Positions 49,585-59,102 of a stretch of 64,000 nucleotides of DNA are shown here, in pieces. Position 1 is the first letter of the stretch. Each line of letters begins with the position of its first letter. The notes beneath the pieces are model-generated. The model worked only from the letters and a program-made list of their open reading frames with translations, did not search any database and had not been told where the DNA came from. Both the position numbers and the translations under genes were made by a program. This DNA comes from an uncultured Candidatus Saccharibacteria bacterium. GTDB taxonomy: Bacteria > Patescibacteriota > Saccharimonadia > Saccharimonadales > SZUA-47. The stretch covers positions 42 to 64,041 of the forward strand of contig CAZHXX010000005.1 in assembly GCA_964536485.1 (NCBI GenBank). Reading direction: 5' to 3'.

Positions 49585-51356
49585 TCTTGTAGAAACCCAC
49601 CAGATTGGTGATTCCAGAGACGGGCGTACAGCCCGTTTTTCTTTGTGCTGAGAGTTTTGTGCGTGCCTTCTTCAACAATTCTACCTTCCTTAAGCACGAC
49701 AATTCTGTCTAGATGCTGAATGGTGCTAAGCCGGTGCGCGATGACGATAGTTGTTTTATTTTTCATGAGAGTTTTTAATGCAGCTTGAATAGCTACTTCG
49801 CTTTCGCTGTCGAGTGCACTCGTAGCTTCGTCAAGAAGGAGAATAGGTGCGTCTTTTAGGATTGCCCGAGCAATTGCGATACGTTGTTTCTGGCCTCCGG
49901 AGAGCTTTACACCACGCTCACCAACTAATGTTTCATAGCCTGCTGGTAGGCTGTTTATGAATTCATCTGCACGTGCAAGTTTTGCGGCATTTTTTACCTC
50001 AGCATCGGTCGCATTGGGCTTTCCGTAGCGAATGTTTTCAGATAACGAACGGTGAAATAGGAGTGGCTCTTGCGGTACATAGGATATGAAATTACGTAAG
50101 TCGGCTTGCGCAATATCTGCAATATTTTGATCACCTATCAAGATTTCGCCTTTTTGTACGTCCATGAAGCGGAAAAGAAGTTTAGTAATAGTAGTTTTAC
50201 CGCCACCGCTTGGTCCCACGAGCCCAACTTTTTCACCTGGTTTTACATATAAGCTGAGATCCTTGAACAGTTTATTTTTGTTGTGCGAAAACTCAATATT
50301 CCTAAAATTAATTGAACTATCTTGGGGTTTAAATTCTTTGGCTGGGTGCTTGTCCTTTACGGCAGGTTCGCGTAGGAGCATTTCGGTTGCTTCTTGCGCA
50401 TCACCAAGCGCACGGTTTATGTTACGTAGAGCTGCCTGGGGGAAGTCCCATAGCCGCTGGGCTATATTAGATGTGTATGCAAGAAGAAGGAATACAGTGC
50501 TTACCTGTGCATCAAATTTTACGACACTTATGACAGCAATAATAAGCGCAACAGCCTGAATTGTGGAGGTAACCCAGCCAAAGAAAAATTCGCGTTTGAG
50601 CGAAGACCACATGAGGTTATTAGTAGCGTGCATGGTGTTTTGAGTAGCTTGTTCAAAGCGCTTTTTCTCTGAACGGTGCGCAGCAAAACTTTTTACTGCC
50701 AAAATATTAGTCACCATATCTGCTAAATATCCCGTCTGTATATTTATCTTGGTTGCTTCTATTGATGAGAATTCACGCACTCGCTTTGTGAGTTTTGCGG
50801 CAACAAACATATAAATTGATGAAATCATGACTAGCGCGATGACGAATAAGGGAGCGCGCGTCCACATAATCACGGAAGTAGATATGAAGATGATAAAAAG
50901 ACCGTAGAGATTAAAGAATGTCGTGTCTGCTATACGAATGTACGCGCTAGTAAATTTATTCGTACGAGAGACAAGTGAACCGCCAAACGAGTTTGCGTGA
51001 AAGTCGGCATCAAGCTCCATGAGGTGATTGAATAGTGTTCGATATAAGTCACGTTGAACGTGGGATTCAAGTTTCCATATGAGGTATATCATAATGCGCC
51101 AAATAAGGCTTCCGGCAACAATAACCATGGCCGAATACCACACAAGGTCATGCCCAAAATCATTCCAGATAGTAGCTTTACTAAAGCTTCCTTTTGCGAG
51201 CCTATCCAAGACCGAAGCCGCAATAAGTGGTGGCAGAATTTGGTGGAAAAGTAGTGTTATCGGCAGTCCGACAATAAGCCCGGCTAAAAATTTAGGGTAT
51301 TTACGGCAATGTTGCCAATATATGCGAATAGTGTGCTTATTTACGGCGTCTTTCAT
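49581..51356 (-). CDS. ABC exporter, fused permease/ATPase
   Basis: TM domain, GPSGGGKT, LSGGQKQR, LLLDEATS, IAHRLST. Confidence 0.92.
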   Translation of the reverse strand: MKDAVNKHTIRIYWQHCRKYPKFLAGLIVGLPITLLFHQILPPLIAASVLDRLAKGSFSKATIWNDFGHDLVWYSAMVIVAGSLIWRIMIYLIWKLESHVQRDLYRTLFNHLMELDADFHANSFGGSLVSRTNKFTSAYIRIADTTFFNLYGLFIIFISTSVIMWTRAPLFVIALVMISSIYMFVAAKLTKRVREFSSIEATKINIQTGYLADMVTNILAVKSFAAHRSEKKRFEQATQNTMHATNNLMWSSLKREFFFGWVTSTIQAVALIIAVISVVKFDAQVSTVFLLLAYTSNIAQRLWDFPQAALRNINRALGDAQEATEMLLREPAVKDKHPAKEFKPQDSSINFRNIEFSHNKNKLFKDLSLYVKPGEKVGLVGPSGGGKTTITKLLFRFMDVQKGEILIGDQNIADIAQADLRNFISYVPQEPLLFHRSLSENIRYGKPNATDAEVKNAAKLARADEFINSLPAGYETLVGERGVKLSGGQKQRIAIARAILKDAPILLLDEATSALDSESEVAIQAALKTLMKNKTTIVIAHRLSTIQHLDRIVVLKEGRIVEEGTHKTLSTKKNGLYARLWNHQSGGFLQD

Positions 51357-51509
51357 AAGAGTCTTTTTTTGTATTGGACCAACTTCTTAGTATTTGTCTC
51401 TCAACTTTGAAGCTGTTCTTGCAATTGAATTACTAGTATAACGGGCACAATAACTGATGTAAAGGTGGAATTTCTAGGCGCTAAAAGTTACAATGAGCGC
51501 AGTAGCGAT

Positions 51510-53516
51510 ATGAGTGAAGAAGACAAGTCACAATCAATGAGCGACAAAGATCGCACGATGGCGAACCGTTTTGGCGGTGAGGCTAATGAAGATGCACCCG
51601 AAAAAGATGATGACGATGATGAGAAAGACGAAAAAAAGGACGAAAAACGTCCACCAAAGCGAGCGCTCTTTTTGCCTGCAGAAAAAGATGAGTCTGCGAG
51701 CTCTGTAGAAAAAACTGAAGAAGATAAGCCAAAGCGCAATTTGTTTAGTGGTTTTTTGCGTACAGATGCTGTACCAGAAGAAAAGACTGAGCAAGTTCCC
51801 GAAGAGAATCCACATGAGGTGGTTGAGGTTACAGCTGAAGATGCTAGTAACGAGCAAGATGTAGAAGCGCCAGCTCCTGTTCCTGAGCAGACAGGGGAAG
51901 CCGAACAAGAAGCAACACGTGAGGAATTTCAGGAAGTAGTGCTTGATAGGATAGGCGAGGTAGAAGCAGAACTCGAGACAAAGCACACCGAAGAAGAGGC
52001 AACAGAAGTATTGGCGAATGCAGACTTTTTAGAGCAGGTTGGTGAGCGTTTGGAAGAGGGTATGGCCCCTGAAGAAGCAATAGATGATGCACTTGAAGAT
52101 CAGATAGAGCCAGTTGAGGCTGACGCAACACCGGCCGATCTCAAAAATGTTGCTAATTTTGAGCCTGCTGAAGAAGAGGAAGAGGCTGTTATCCCCCCGG
52201 TAGCAACGCCTGTTCGTCCAACTCGCGTGCCTCCACGTCCACCACTCCCACCTGTGCCCCCAGTGACTCCTTACATGCCTCCGTCGCCGGGTGGTCCTCC
52301 GCATAATCCTAACCTTCCAAGTGGTGGTGCAATTAGTCCTAATATGGTCAGAAATGACCCAGACGTCGAGCAAATGAATGACTATTACTATCGCAAGCGC
52401 CGAAGCGGAGACTTGTTGCTAGGTGGTGTTGTTGGATATCTGCTTGGAAAACGTCGTGGTAGAAGAGCTACAGAGGCTAAGTTTGAGCCTGAACTACGCA
52501 AGCGTGATGACGCTATCGGCGACCTAAAAGACAAGCTCATGACTAGTGAAGAAAAAGTGCGCGCTCTTGCGTCTGCTAAAAGCGCCGAGCTTGCCACTGT
52601 AGAAGCGAATGCGCCAAAAACAGAAGTTGTTCAAAAAGTCGTCCCAGTGGTAGAAGCAAAGACAGAATATGTTGAAGTACCATCTGTTGAAGTTGTGACC
52701 CAAAAGATTGAATCTTTGCCAGTAGATACTATTGAAGTTGAGCGACAAACACTTGTTGAGCAAGAGAAAGTGTTCTTGGAATCGATAGAAGTGCCCGTAC
52801 AAGAGCCGTTTGAGCCAGAGAAACTTAGCGAGTTACTTACACGGAGCGAAGTTGTAGAGCAATTACAGACCGTCGCTGAAAAAGTAATCGTAGAGAAAGA
52901 AGCGGGAGAGGCTACCGCTACAACGATAGAAAAGATTGTCGAAGTTCCGCAAGTCAGCTACGAGCGCGGAGAAACAAAAATGTCTCAGTCAAACGAGAAG
53001 CAAGTAAGTCCACCAGCTATTGAGGCAAAAAAGGATCCGCGTACGATGACCATGCACGAGTTGCTGGAAGTAGCCGACCATATTTTCTTAGAGAAAACGA
53101 GTGTGCGCGAGCTGTATGAGCATCATCGCATCGACGCGGTAAATCTACGACGCGTGGTACTAGAGTATATGAACGGCGGAACGCGTTACGAAAAGGTGCT
53201 ACGACGGTCTCTCGAAGCAGTAGAAATGCAGCGCGAACTACGCAACGAAATTCGCCATGATCCGAGTGCAACATTTAATGCTAACGATGAGTCCGCAGGA
53301 AGAAACGAATCCGCATCTGACAGCTCAGACCAGGGCAAGAAAGACGCTCTTACGGGTGCTGATGTGCGCAGACAGCAAAATTCTTACACGGCCGATTCTC
53401 AGCAAGAAAAACAACCGTCCGATGAACAGCTCATGATCTCGAATGGCACTGCGATTGTGGTCGGGGTGCTGATGGGCATTGCAATCATGATTGTATTGTT
53501 CTTGTACGCTCGCTAG
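51510..53516 (+). CDS. large acidic, Pro-rich hypothetical protein with C-terminal TM
   Basis: Glu-rich low complexity, poly-Pro segment, LLLGGVVGYLLGKRRGRR, C-terminal hydrophobic helix. Confidence 0.65.
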   Translation: MSEEDKSQSMSDKDRTMANRFGGEANEDAPEKDDDDDEKDEKKDEKRPPKRALFLPAEKDESASSVEKTEEDKPKRNLFSGFLRTDAVPEEKTEQVPEENPHEVVEVTAEDASNEQDVEAPAPVPEQTGEAEQEATREEFQEVVLDRIGEVEAELETKHTEEEATEVLANADFLEQVGERLEEGMAPEEAIDDALEDQIEPVEADATPADLKNVANFEPAEEEEEAVIPPVATPVRPTRVPPRPPLPPVPPVTPYMPPSPGGPPHNPNLPSGGAISPNMVRNDPDVEQMNDYYYRKRRSGDLLLGGVVGYLLGKRRGRRATEAKFEPELRKRDDAIGDLKDKLMTSEEKVRALASAKSAELATVEANAPKTEVVQKVVPVVEAKTEYVEVPSVEVVTQKIESLPVDTIEVERQTLVEQEKVFLESIEVPVQEPFEPEKLSELLTRSEVVEQLQTVAEKVIVEKEAGEATATTIEKIVEVPQVSYERGETKMSQSNEKQVSPPAIEAKKDPRTMTMHELLEVADHIFLEKTSVRELYEHHRIDAVNLRRVVLEYMNGGTRYEKVLRRSLEAVEMQRELRNEIRHDPSATFNANDESAGRNESASDSSDQGKKDALTGADVRRQQNSYTADSQQEKQPSDEQLMISNGTAIVVGVLMGIAIMIVLFLYAR

Positions 53517-53572
53517 TCTCTTCAAAATTGCGCCCACATCTGTTATTATGTGCTGTGAAGAGAAGAGATATC

Positions 53573-54424
53573 ATGCAAAAAATTATTCTTTACTACAAAT
53601 TCACTCCTATTAAAGACCCAGAAATGACGATGCGCTGGCAACGCGAACTGTGCACTCGTCTTGGCTTGAAAGGGCGTATCTTGATTAGCCCACATGGCAT
53701 TAACGGCACGCTTGGTGGGCATATTGACGACCTGACTGCTTACAAAAGGGCTATGAATGAATCGGGTGTTTTTCGTGGCATTACTTACAAGTGGAGTAAT
53801 GGTGGCGTTGAAGATTTTCCAAAATTACGCGTCAAGGTCAAGCCAGAAATTGTGGCATTTGATGCAGCAGATGAGATTGTGGTGACAGAAAAAGGGGTAG
53901 TAAACGGCGGCAAACATCTAAAACCTGCTGCCGTACACAAACTTGTTGAAGAAAAGGGTGATGAAGTTATTTTTTATGACGGACGCAATATGTATGAGGC
54001 ACAAATAGGTCGTTTCAAAAACACGATTATTCCCAATACGACAACAAGCCGTGACTTCAAAAAAGACCTTGAAGAGGGAGAGATTTCAAAGTACAAAGAC
54101 AAGCCAATTGTCACGTATTGTACCGGCGGAATTCGCTGTGAGATTTTGAGCGCCATGATGCTTAATCGTGGCTACAAAGAGGTCTATCAGATAGATGGTG
54201 GCATTGTGAAATATGGTGAAAAGTATGCAGACGACGGGCTGTGGGAAGGCAAGCTATTTGTCTTTGACGATCGAATGCAAATGGGTTTTTCAGACAAAGC
54301 CAAAGACATCGCCACTTGCGAAAAGTGTGGCAAAAAGACATCGCATCAGATAAATAGCACAAACATTCGACGTAAGTTACATGTTGTTTGTGAAAACTGC
54401 GCTACCCAAAAAGTACTAGACTAA
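53573..54424 (+). CDS. trhO: rhodanese-domain tRNA uridine(34) hydroxylase TrhO/YceA family
   Basis: LKGRILIS..GINGT, YCTGGIRCE, GGIVKY, FVFDDR. Confidence 0.82.
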   Translation: MQKIILYYKFTPIKDPEMTMRWQRELCTRLGLKGRILISPHGINGTLGGHIDDLTAYKRAMNESGVFRGITYKWSNGGVEDFPKLRVKVKPEIVAFDAADEIVVTEKGVVNGGKHLKPAAVHKLVEEKGDEVIFYDGRNMYEAQIGRFKNTIIPNTTTSRDFKKDLEEGEISKYKDKPIVTYCTGGIRCEILSAMMLNRGYKEVYQIDGGIVKYGEKYADDGLWEGKLFVFDDRMQMGFSDKAKDIATCEKCGKKTSHQINSTNIRRKLHVVCENCATQKVLD

Positions 54425-54490
54425 TCTAAATTATTGTGATATAATATTATAAATTAATTGACAATAAGTTGTAAAGGAAGCTAATTCGTT

Positions 54491-55000
54491 ATGGATGTCA
54501 AGAAAGCACCGGGTGCCTTACTAAACAAGAGGTTCAAACTTGCTCTACCAAAAATCGATATGAAATTTGGGACTGTTTTGGCCTTGACTGCGGCGGGATA
54601 TCTTATCGTAAATGATGGAAATGCGGGGAATGCAGGTCGTGATGTAGCGAGCGACGTGAAAAATAAAGTCGCTCCTGCAATAGCTACTGTTGTCTCTGAC
54701 GGTATTGATTTTGCTGGTGGTGCTATTGAAGGCGCAACAGATGGTAATGGCGTAGACATTAAACTTCCCGAATTTAGTAGTGGTGAACAGCAGGCGAGTG
54801 ATACTGTTGGTAGCACGGGTTCAGCAATACTTGATTTGGCTGGTCTAGGTTGTGTGAGTGGCGAATATTCTAATGCGAAAGGTCCCTGGGGCGCAATGCA
54901 AGATGCGGGGCTCAGTGAAGCGATAATTGCTAGCGTTATCGATACAGAACAAGTGAAAGCTATACCGGGCAACGCGCAGTCAATTCAAATCAACTGTTAG
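54491..55000 (+). CDS. hypothetical Gly/Ala-rich protein (orphan)
   Basis: 169-aa ORF after an AT-rich intergenic region; N-terminal hydrophobic stretch. Confidence 0.5.
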   Translation: MDVKKAPGALLNKRFKLALPKIDMKFGTVLALTAAGYLIVNDGNAGNAGRDVASDVKNKVAPAIATVVSDGIDFAGGAIEGATDGNGVDIKLPEFSSGEQQASDTVGSTGSAILDLAGLGCVSGEYSNAKGPWGAMQDAGLSEAIIASVIDTEQVKAIPGNAQSIQINC

Positions 55001-55037
55001 TCCACTCTATATCTCGGCGTACTGTATTCTTATAGTG

Positions 55038-56555
55038 ATGGCTAACGCACAGTTATTAGAGAAACTTAAAAATCTTCCGAAAACTCCGGGGGTGTATTTT
55101 CATAAAGACGCATCGGGTGAAACTATTTATGTGGGGAAGGCGGCGGTGCTGCGCAACCGAGTGCGTCAGTACTTTCAGAAGTCGCGTAACCGAGATCCAA
55201 AGACTGAGGCGCTTGTTGCAGAAATTGTTGATACAGAATGGATAGAAGTAGAAACAGAGCTCGATGCGTTGTTTCTCGAAGCCGAGATGATTCGACGTTA
55301 TTTGCCTCGGTACAACATATTACTTCGTGACGATAAGAGCTTGCAGTATGTGCGCATAGACATAAAGTCCGACCACCCTACGGTGACCTTTATTCGTCGT
55401 CCGCTTGATGATGGTGCCGAGTATTTTGGTCCGTATTTTCAGGGGTTTGCGGTGAAGAAAGCGTTGCGCTTACTACGTAGAATTTTTCCTTATGCAGTGA
55501 CGCGTGAGCAAGCAACTATGGGCAGTAGATTGTATGAGCAAATAGGGCTTGACCCAGGGCTTAAAAATGGGCGGACAAGTATAGAGGAATACCGTAAAAA
55601 TTTGCGTAACCTAATGTCTTACTTACGTGGAAATCGCGTGACACTCATGAACGAAATTGAAAAGCAGATGAAAGAGGCGGCGCGTGAGCAAGAATTTGAA
55701 CGAGCGGCAGCCTTGCGCAACAAGTTGTATGAACTCAAAAGCTTAAAGAAGCAAATTATATTCTCTGACAGAGAGTTTATGGACGCCAGCAAAGACAAGG
55801 GTCTGGCAGGACTTGCTGATTTGCTTGGTATAGAGCTCCCTAAGCGCATCGAAGGCTATGACATTAGCCATATGTCTGGTACTGATAACGTTGCAAGTAT
55901 GGTGGTGTTTACAAATGGATTGCCCGACAAAACAAACTACCGAAAGTTTAAAATGCGCCTGAAGGGTAATAACGATTTTGCGCATATGCACGAAGCACTT
56001 TCGAGACGCTTGAGTGACAAAAATATAAAACAGTGGGGCCTACCAACCTTGTTTTTGATAGATGGCGGTAAGGGGCAACTGGGTGCAGCAATCCGTGCAC
56101 GTGATGAGCTTGGAGTGACGGTACCTATGGTGGGGCTTGCCAAGCGTGAAGAAGAGATAGTCGTGCATGCAGAAAAGTCGTTAGTTATGTCTGAGGGACT
56201 GCAAGAAAGAGCTCGCAAACTGCATGCAAGCCTGCAAGAGTCAGATGACTTCGTGCTTATTGATTTGCCAGACACCAACGACATAGTTAAGCTACTGCAG
56301 CGAGTTCGTGACGAATCTCATCGTTTTGCCGTGACGTATCACTCAACCTTGAAAGCAAACCGGCAACTCACCAGTTGGCTTGATGCCGTGCCAGGCATTG
56401 GCCCTGCAACAATAAGGAAGCTTATCAGAATATTTGGGAGCTCGAGAGGAGTCTTGCAAGCAAGGTACACCGAACTTGAGGAACTTTTAGGTGAAAGTAA
56501 AGCAACTATTCTCAAGCAGTACATTCGTGCAGAGAAAAAAGTAGACAAAAACTAA
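55038..56555 (+). CDS. uvrC: excinuclease ABC subunit C
   Basis: GIY-YIG (PGVY..IYVGKA), UVR domain, RIEGYDISH, IDGGKGQ, RDESHRFA, HhH. Confidence 0.95.
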   Translation: MANAQLLEKLKNLPKTPGVYFHKDASGETIYVGKAAVLRNRVRQYFQKSRNRDPKTEALVAEIVDTEWIEVETELDALFLEAEMIRRYLPRYNILLRDDKSLQYVRIDIKSDHPTVTFIRRPLDDGAEYFGPYFQGFAVKKALRLLRRIFPYAVTREQATMGSRLYEQIGLDPGLKNGRTSIEEYRKNLRNLMSYLRGNRVTLMNEIEKQMKEAAREQEFERAAALRNKLYELKSLKKQIIFSDREFMDASKDKGLAGLADLLGIELPKRIEGYDISHMSGTDNVASMVVFTNGLPDKTNYRKFKMRLKGNNDFAHMHEALSRRLSDKNIKQWGLPTLFLIDGGKGQLGAAIRARDELGVTVPMVGLAKREEEIVVHAEKSLVMSEGLQERARKLHASLQESDDFVLIDLPDTNDIVKLLQRVRDESHRFAVTYHSTLKANRQLTSWLDAVPGIGPATIRKLIRIFGSSRGVLQARYTELEELLGESKATILKQYIRAEKKVDKN

Positions 56556-56744
56556 AGTTGTGATATAGTGCAGAGAATTATGAGTGACAAATCCTACCAT
56601 CAAATTTCTTCTGCAAACGCGCCTTATTATGTATCTACTGATAGATATCGTGGCCTCGTTGCCTAAAGATACCGTAATTTTTAAAATGTTCGCTTACGGT
56701 ACTGGCACGAAGAAGAACTCAATAATTTAAATTGAGGATATTTT

Positions 56745-57272
56745 ATGAATAACTTTACAGGACAACGGCCGGAAGTCCTTTTTGGCGGTGAGCTAACTTG
56801 GCTAGGAATACACGATAAACGACTCGGAGCATTTGCAAGTCTATCAGAAAAGCAAAGACGTGAGGCCACGACAGATTGGTCTTCTATTCTTACTGAAGAA
56901 AGCGCACGAGGGAGAGTTTTTGGCGCGCATCTACTGAGACAAATCTTAGCGCGTAATGCAGAAGCTATTGAAGAAGCACAACTAGAGCAAGAAGCGGTGA
57001 AGCTAAGTTTTTTACCAGATCGTTTCCACGAGTGGCTTCCTACAGGACAGATTGATAATGCATGGCTTGGTGAAAGGTACGGTTCAGTCGGCAATTGGTG
57101 TTTGGTGGGTGTTGGTGAGCACATTGTGCTTAGTGGCTTTGCTAAACAATTTCTCGCACCAACACCTATGTATGGTTTACAAAGGTTGTCTGCCGTTTCT
57201 ATGCATGTGAGGCCCTTTGTTCCTGAAGTTGCAGAACAAATTGCATGCGCTGTTCAACGGATAGAGGATTAA
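56745..57272 (+). CDS. hypothetical protein (orphan)
   Basis: 175-aa ORF with SD gagga. Confidence 0.55.
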   Translation: MNNFTGQRPEVLFGGELTWLGIHDKRLGAFASLSEKQRREATTDWSSILTEESARGRVFGAHLLRQILARNAEAIEEAQLEQEAVKLSFLPDRFHEWLPTGQIDNAWLGERYGSVGNWCLVGVGEHIVLSGFAKQFLAPTPMYGLQRLSAVSMHVRPFVPEVAEQIACAVQRIED

Positions 57273-57290
57273 CTGCTATACTGGCTTTTA

Positions 57291-58487
57291 ATGAGTCAGT
57301 TTAACAAACAGTTTTTTGCTAGGAATCGGGAGCGTTTAATGCAGACGCTCCCAGATTCACTTATTATTTTGAGCGCGAATGCATGCCTGCAACAGTCGGC
57401 AGATCTTGCGTTTCCATTTCGGCAAGATAGTAGTTTTTGGTACCTCAGTGGAATCAACGAGCCAGATATTTTGTTAGTCATTGACACAAAAAAAGGTACA
57501 TCGACTCTCCTTATAGCCGAGCAAAATGACTACCAGATTGAATGGGACGGAGCGGTTGAAACAGAGGGCTATCAAAAAATAAGTGGCATAACTCTCTTTT
57601 CTTCTCAGAATGAACTAAAGCACTTAATTGAGGATGCAAAAAAGCGGGGACTTACTATTTGCAGTGTCAGGCCGGCTGAAGAGCGGGTTGAACCATATGG
57701 CTTTTATGCAAATCCAGCCCGAAGGTTATTGTATGCACAGCTTGAGACATGTGGTGTGAAGGAGCCTAAAGACATTCGACTGCAACTTGCACAACTAAGA
57801 CAAATTAAGCAAGAGCCAGAACTTCGTGCGCTTCAGCGTGCGATAGATATCACAGGTGACGTACTTTCTGACGTAAAAGCAAAGCTTTCTCGCTTTAAGA
57901 CCGAAAAAGATGTAGAACGAGCTATTACGGCAGGGTTTTATTCTGCTGGTGGTGATGGCCATGCGTATGAACCAATTGTTGCATCTGGGAAGAATGCAAG
58001 TACTATTCATTACAATAAGAATAATGAGGCTCTCGCAAAAGGTCACCTATTGCTGCTTGATGTTGGAGCACAGTCAGAGGGATACGCCGCCGATATTAGC
58101 CGAGCATGGGCGGTCGGGCACCCGACAAAACGGCAAAAAGAAGTGTATGACGCTGTATGTGAGTTGCAGGAGCAAGCATTCTCGCTATTGAAGCCGGGAG
58201 TGTATCTTAAGGAATACCAAGAAGAAATGGAAAAAAGAGCTGCGAAAACAATAGAAAAGCTAGGGAAATCCCCACGACCTTTCCCGCACGGGTTTTCTCA
58301 TTTTCTTGGGCTTGATGTTCATGATGCAGGAGACTACAGCTCTCCATTGCAACCAGGAACAGTACTTACGGTTGAACCTGGCTTTTACTTTTCGGATGAA
58401 TCGATAGGGGTGCGCGTCGAGGACGATATTCTCATTACCAAAAGTGGGTACATAAACCTGTCAGAACGAATACCAAAACTGTTATAA
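57291..58487 (+). CDS. Xaa-Pro aminopeptidase (M24B)
   Basis: FRQDSSFWYLSG, LLDVGA..YAADISR, HFLGLDVHD, TVEPG, GVRVEDD. Confidence 0.92.
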   Translation: MSQFNKQFFARNRERLMQTLPDSLIILSANACLQQSADLAFPFRQDSSFWYLSGINEPDILLVIDTKKGTSTLLIAEQNDYQIEWDGAVETEGYQKISGITLFSSQNELKHLIEDAKKRGLTICSVRPAEERVEPYGFYANPARRLLYAQLETCGVKEPKDIRLQLAQLRQIKQEPELRALQRAIDITGDVLSDVKAKLSRFKTEKDVERAITAGFYSAGGDGHAYEPIVASGKNASTIHYNKNNEALAKGHLLLLDVGAQSEGYAADISRAWAVGHPTKRQKEVYDAVCELQEQAFSLLKPGVYLKEYQEEMEKRAAKTIEKLGKSPRPFPHGFSHFLGLDVHDAGDYSSPLQPGTVLTVEPGFYFSDESIGVRVEDDILITKSGYINLSERIPKLL

Positions 58488-58495
58488 TGAAAGTA

Positions 58496-58861
58496 ATGAA
58501 GAAGAACAAAAAATCTCGATTTATCGTGCGATGGTTTGTGTGTAGTTTTGGCTTGTGGATCGCTGCCGAACTGCTTGGTGCAAGTAGCATTAGCTACGGT
58601 GGAAAATTGAGTGCTATTATTTTTTCGGGACTTTTTTTGGCTATCATAAACACCATCATTCGGCCACTAGTAGTCTTTTTAACCTTGCCAGCAGTGTTAT
58701 TGAGTCTTGGAATCTTCATGGTTGTCATCAATGCTCTGATGGTTTTGCTCGCGGCACGGCTGTATGGCCCTCTTGAAGTTGCAGGATTTGGCGTTGCCGT
58801 CATTGCCGGTATTATCATCGGTCTGGTAAACTGGTTAGTAAGTGCTTTATTAGAGGAGTAA
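58496..58861 (+). CDS. YvlD/DUF360 4-TM membrane protein ('phage holin family')
   Basis: INTIIRPLV..LTLP..LLSLGIF..VINA. Confidence 0.82.
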   Translation: MKKNKKSRFIVRWFVCSFGLWIAAELLGASSISYGGKLSAIIFSGLFLAIINTIIRPLVVFLTLPAVLLSLGIFMVVINALMVLLAARLYGPLEVAGFGVAVIAGIIIGLVNWLVSALLEE

Positions 58862-58864
58862 GAA

Positions 58865-59080
58865 ATGTCAATTTGGAACTATATTATGGTGGGCTCAGCG
58901 ATAGTAATGATTATATTAATTTTGATTCAGGTCAGAGGCGCTAGTTTGGGTGCCGGACTTGGCGGTGGCGGGGAAGTTAACACTGTCCGTCGTGGTTCAG
59001 ATAAAAGTATTTTTAGTCTCACTATCATCGCTGCGCTAGGATTTGCCTTGTCAATTATTCTAGAAATAATACTTGCGTAA
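58865..59080 (+). CDS. secG: preprotein translocase subunit SecG
   Basis: TM-ILIQ.RGASLG..LGG...RRG.DK..TM. Confidence 0.85.
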   Translation: MSIWNYIMVGSAIVMIILILIQVRGASLGAGLGGGGEVNTVRRGSDKSIFSLTIIAALGFALSIILEIILA

Positions 59081-59102
59081 AGTGTAGGGGTAACTAAACA
59101 CT

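Noticed and set aside
56580-56666. 28-codon ORF (MSDKSYHQ...) after a TGaTATAGT box
   Set aside because: Too short to support and cannot be joined to 56745..57272 by a single frameshift; possibly a gene remnant.
58496-58861. 'Phage holin' as evidence of a prophage
   Set aside because: The YvlD/DUF360 family is commonly chromosomal; neighbours are a peptidase and secG.
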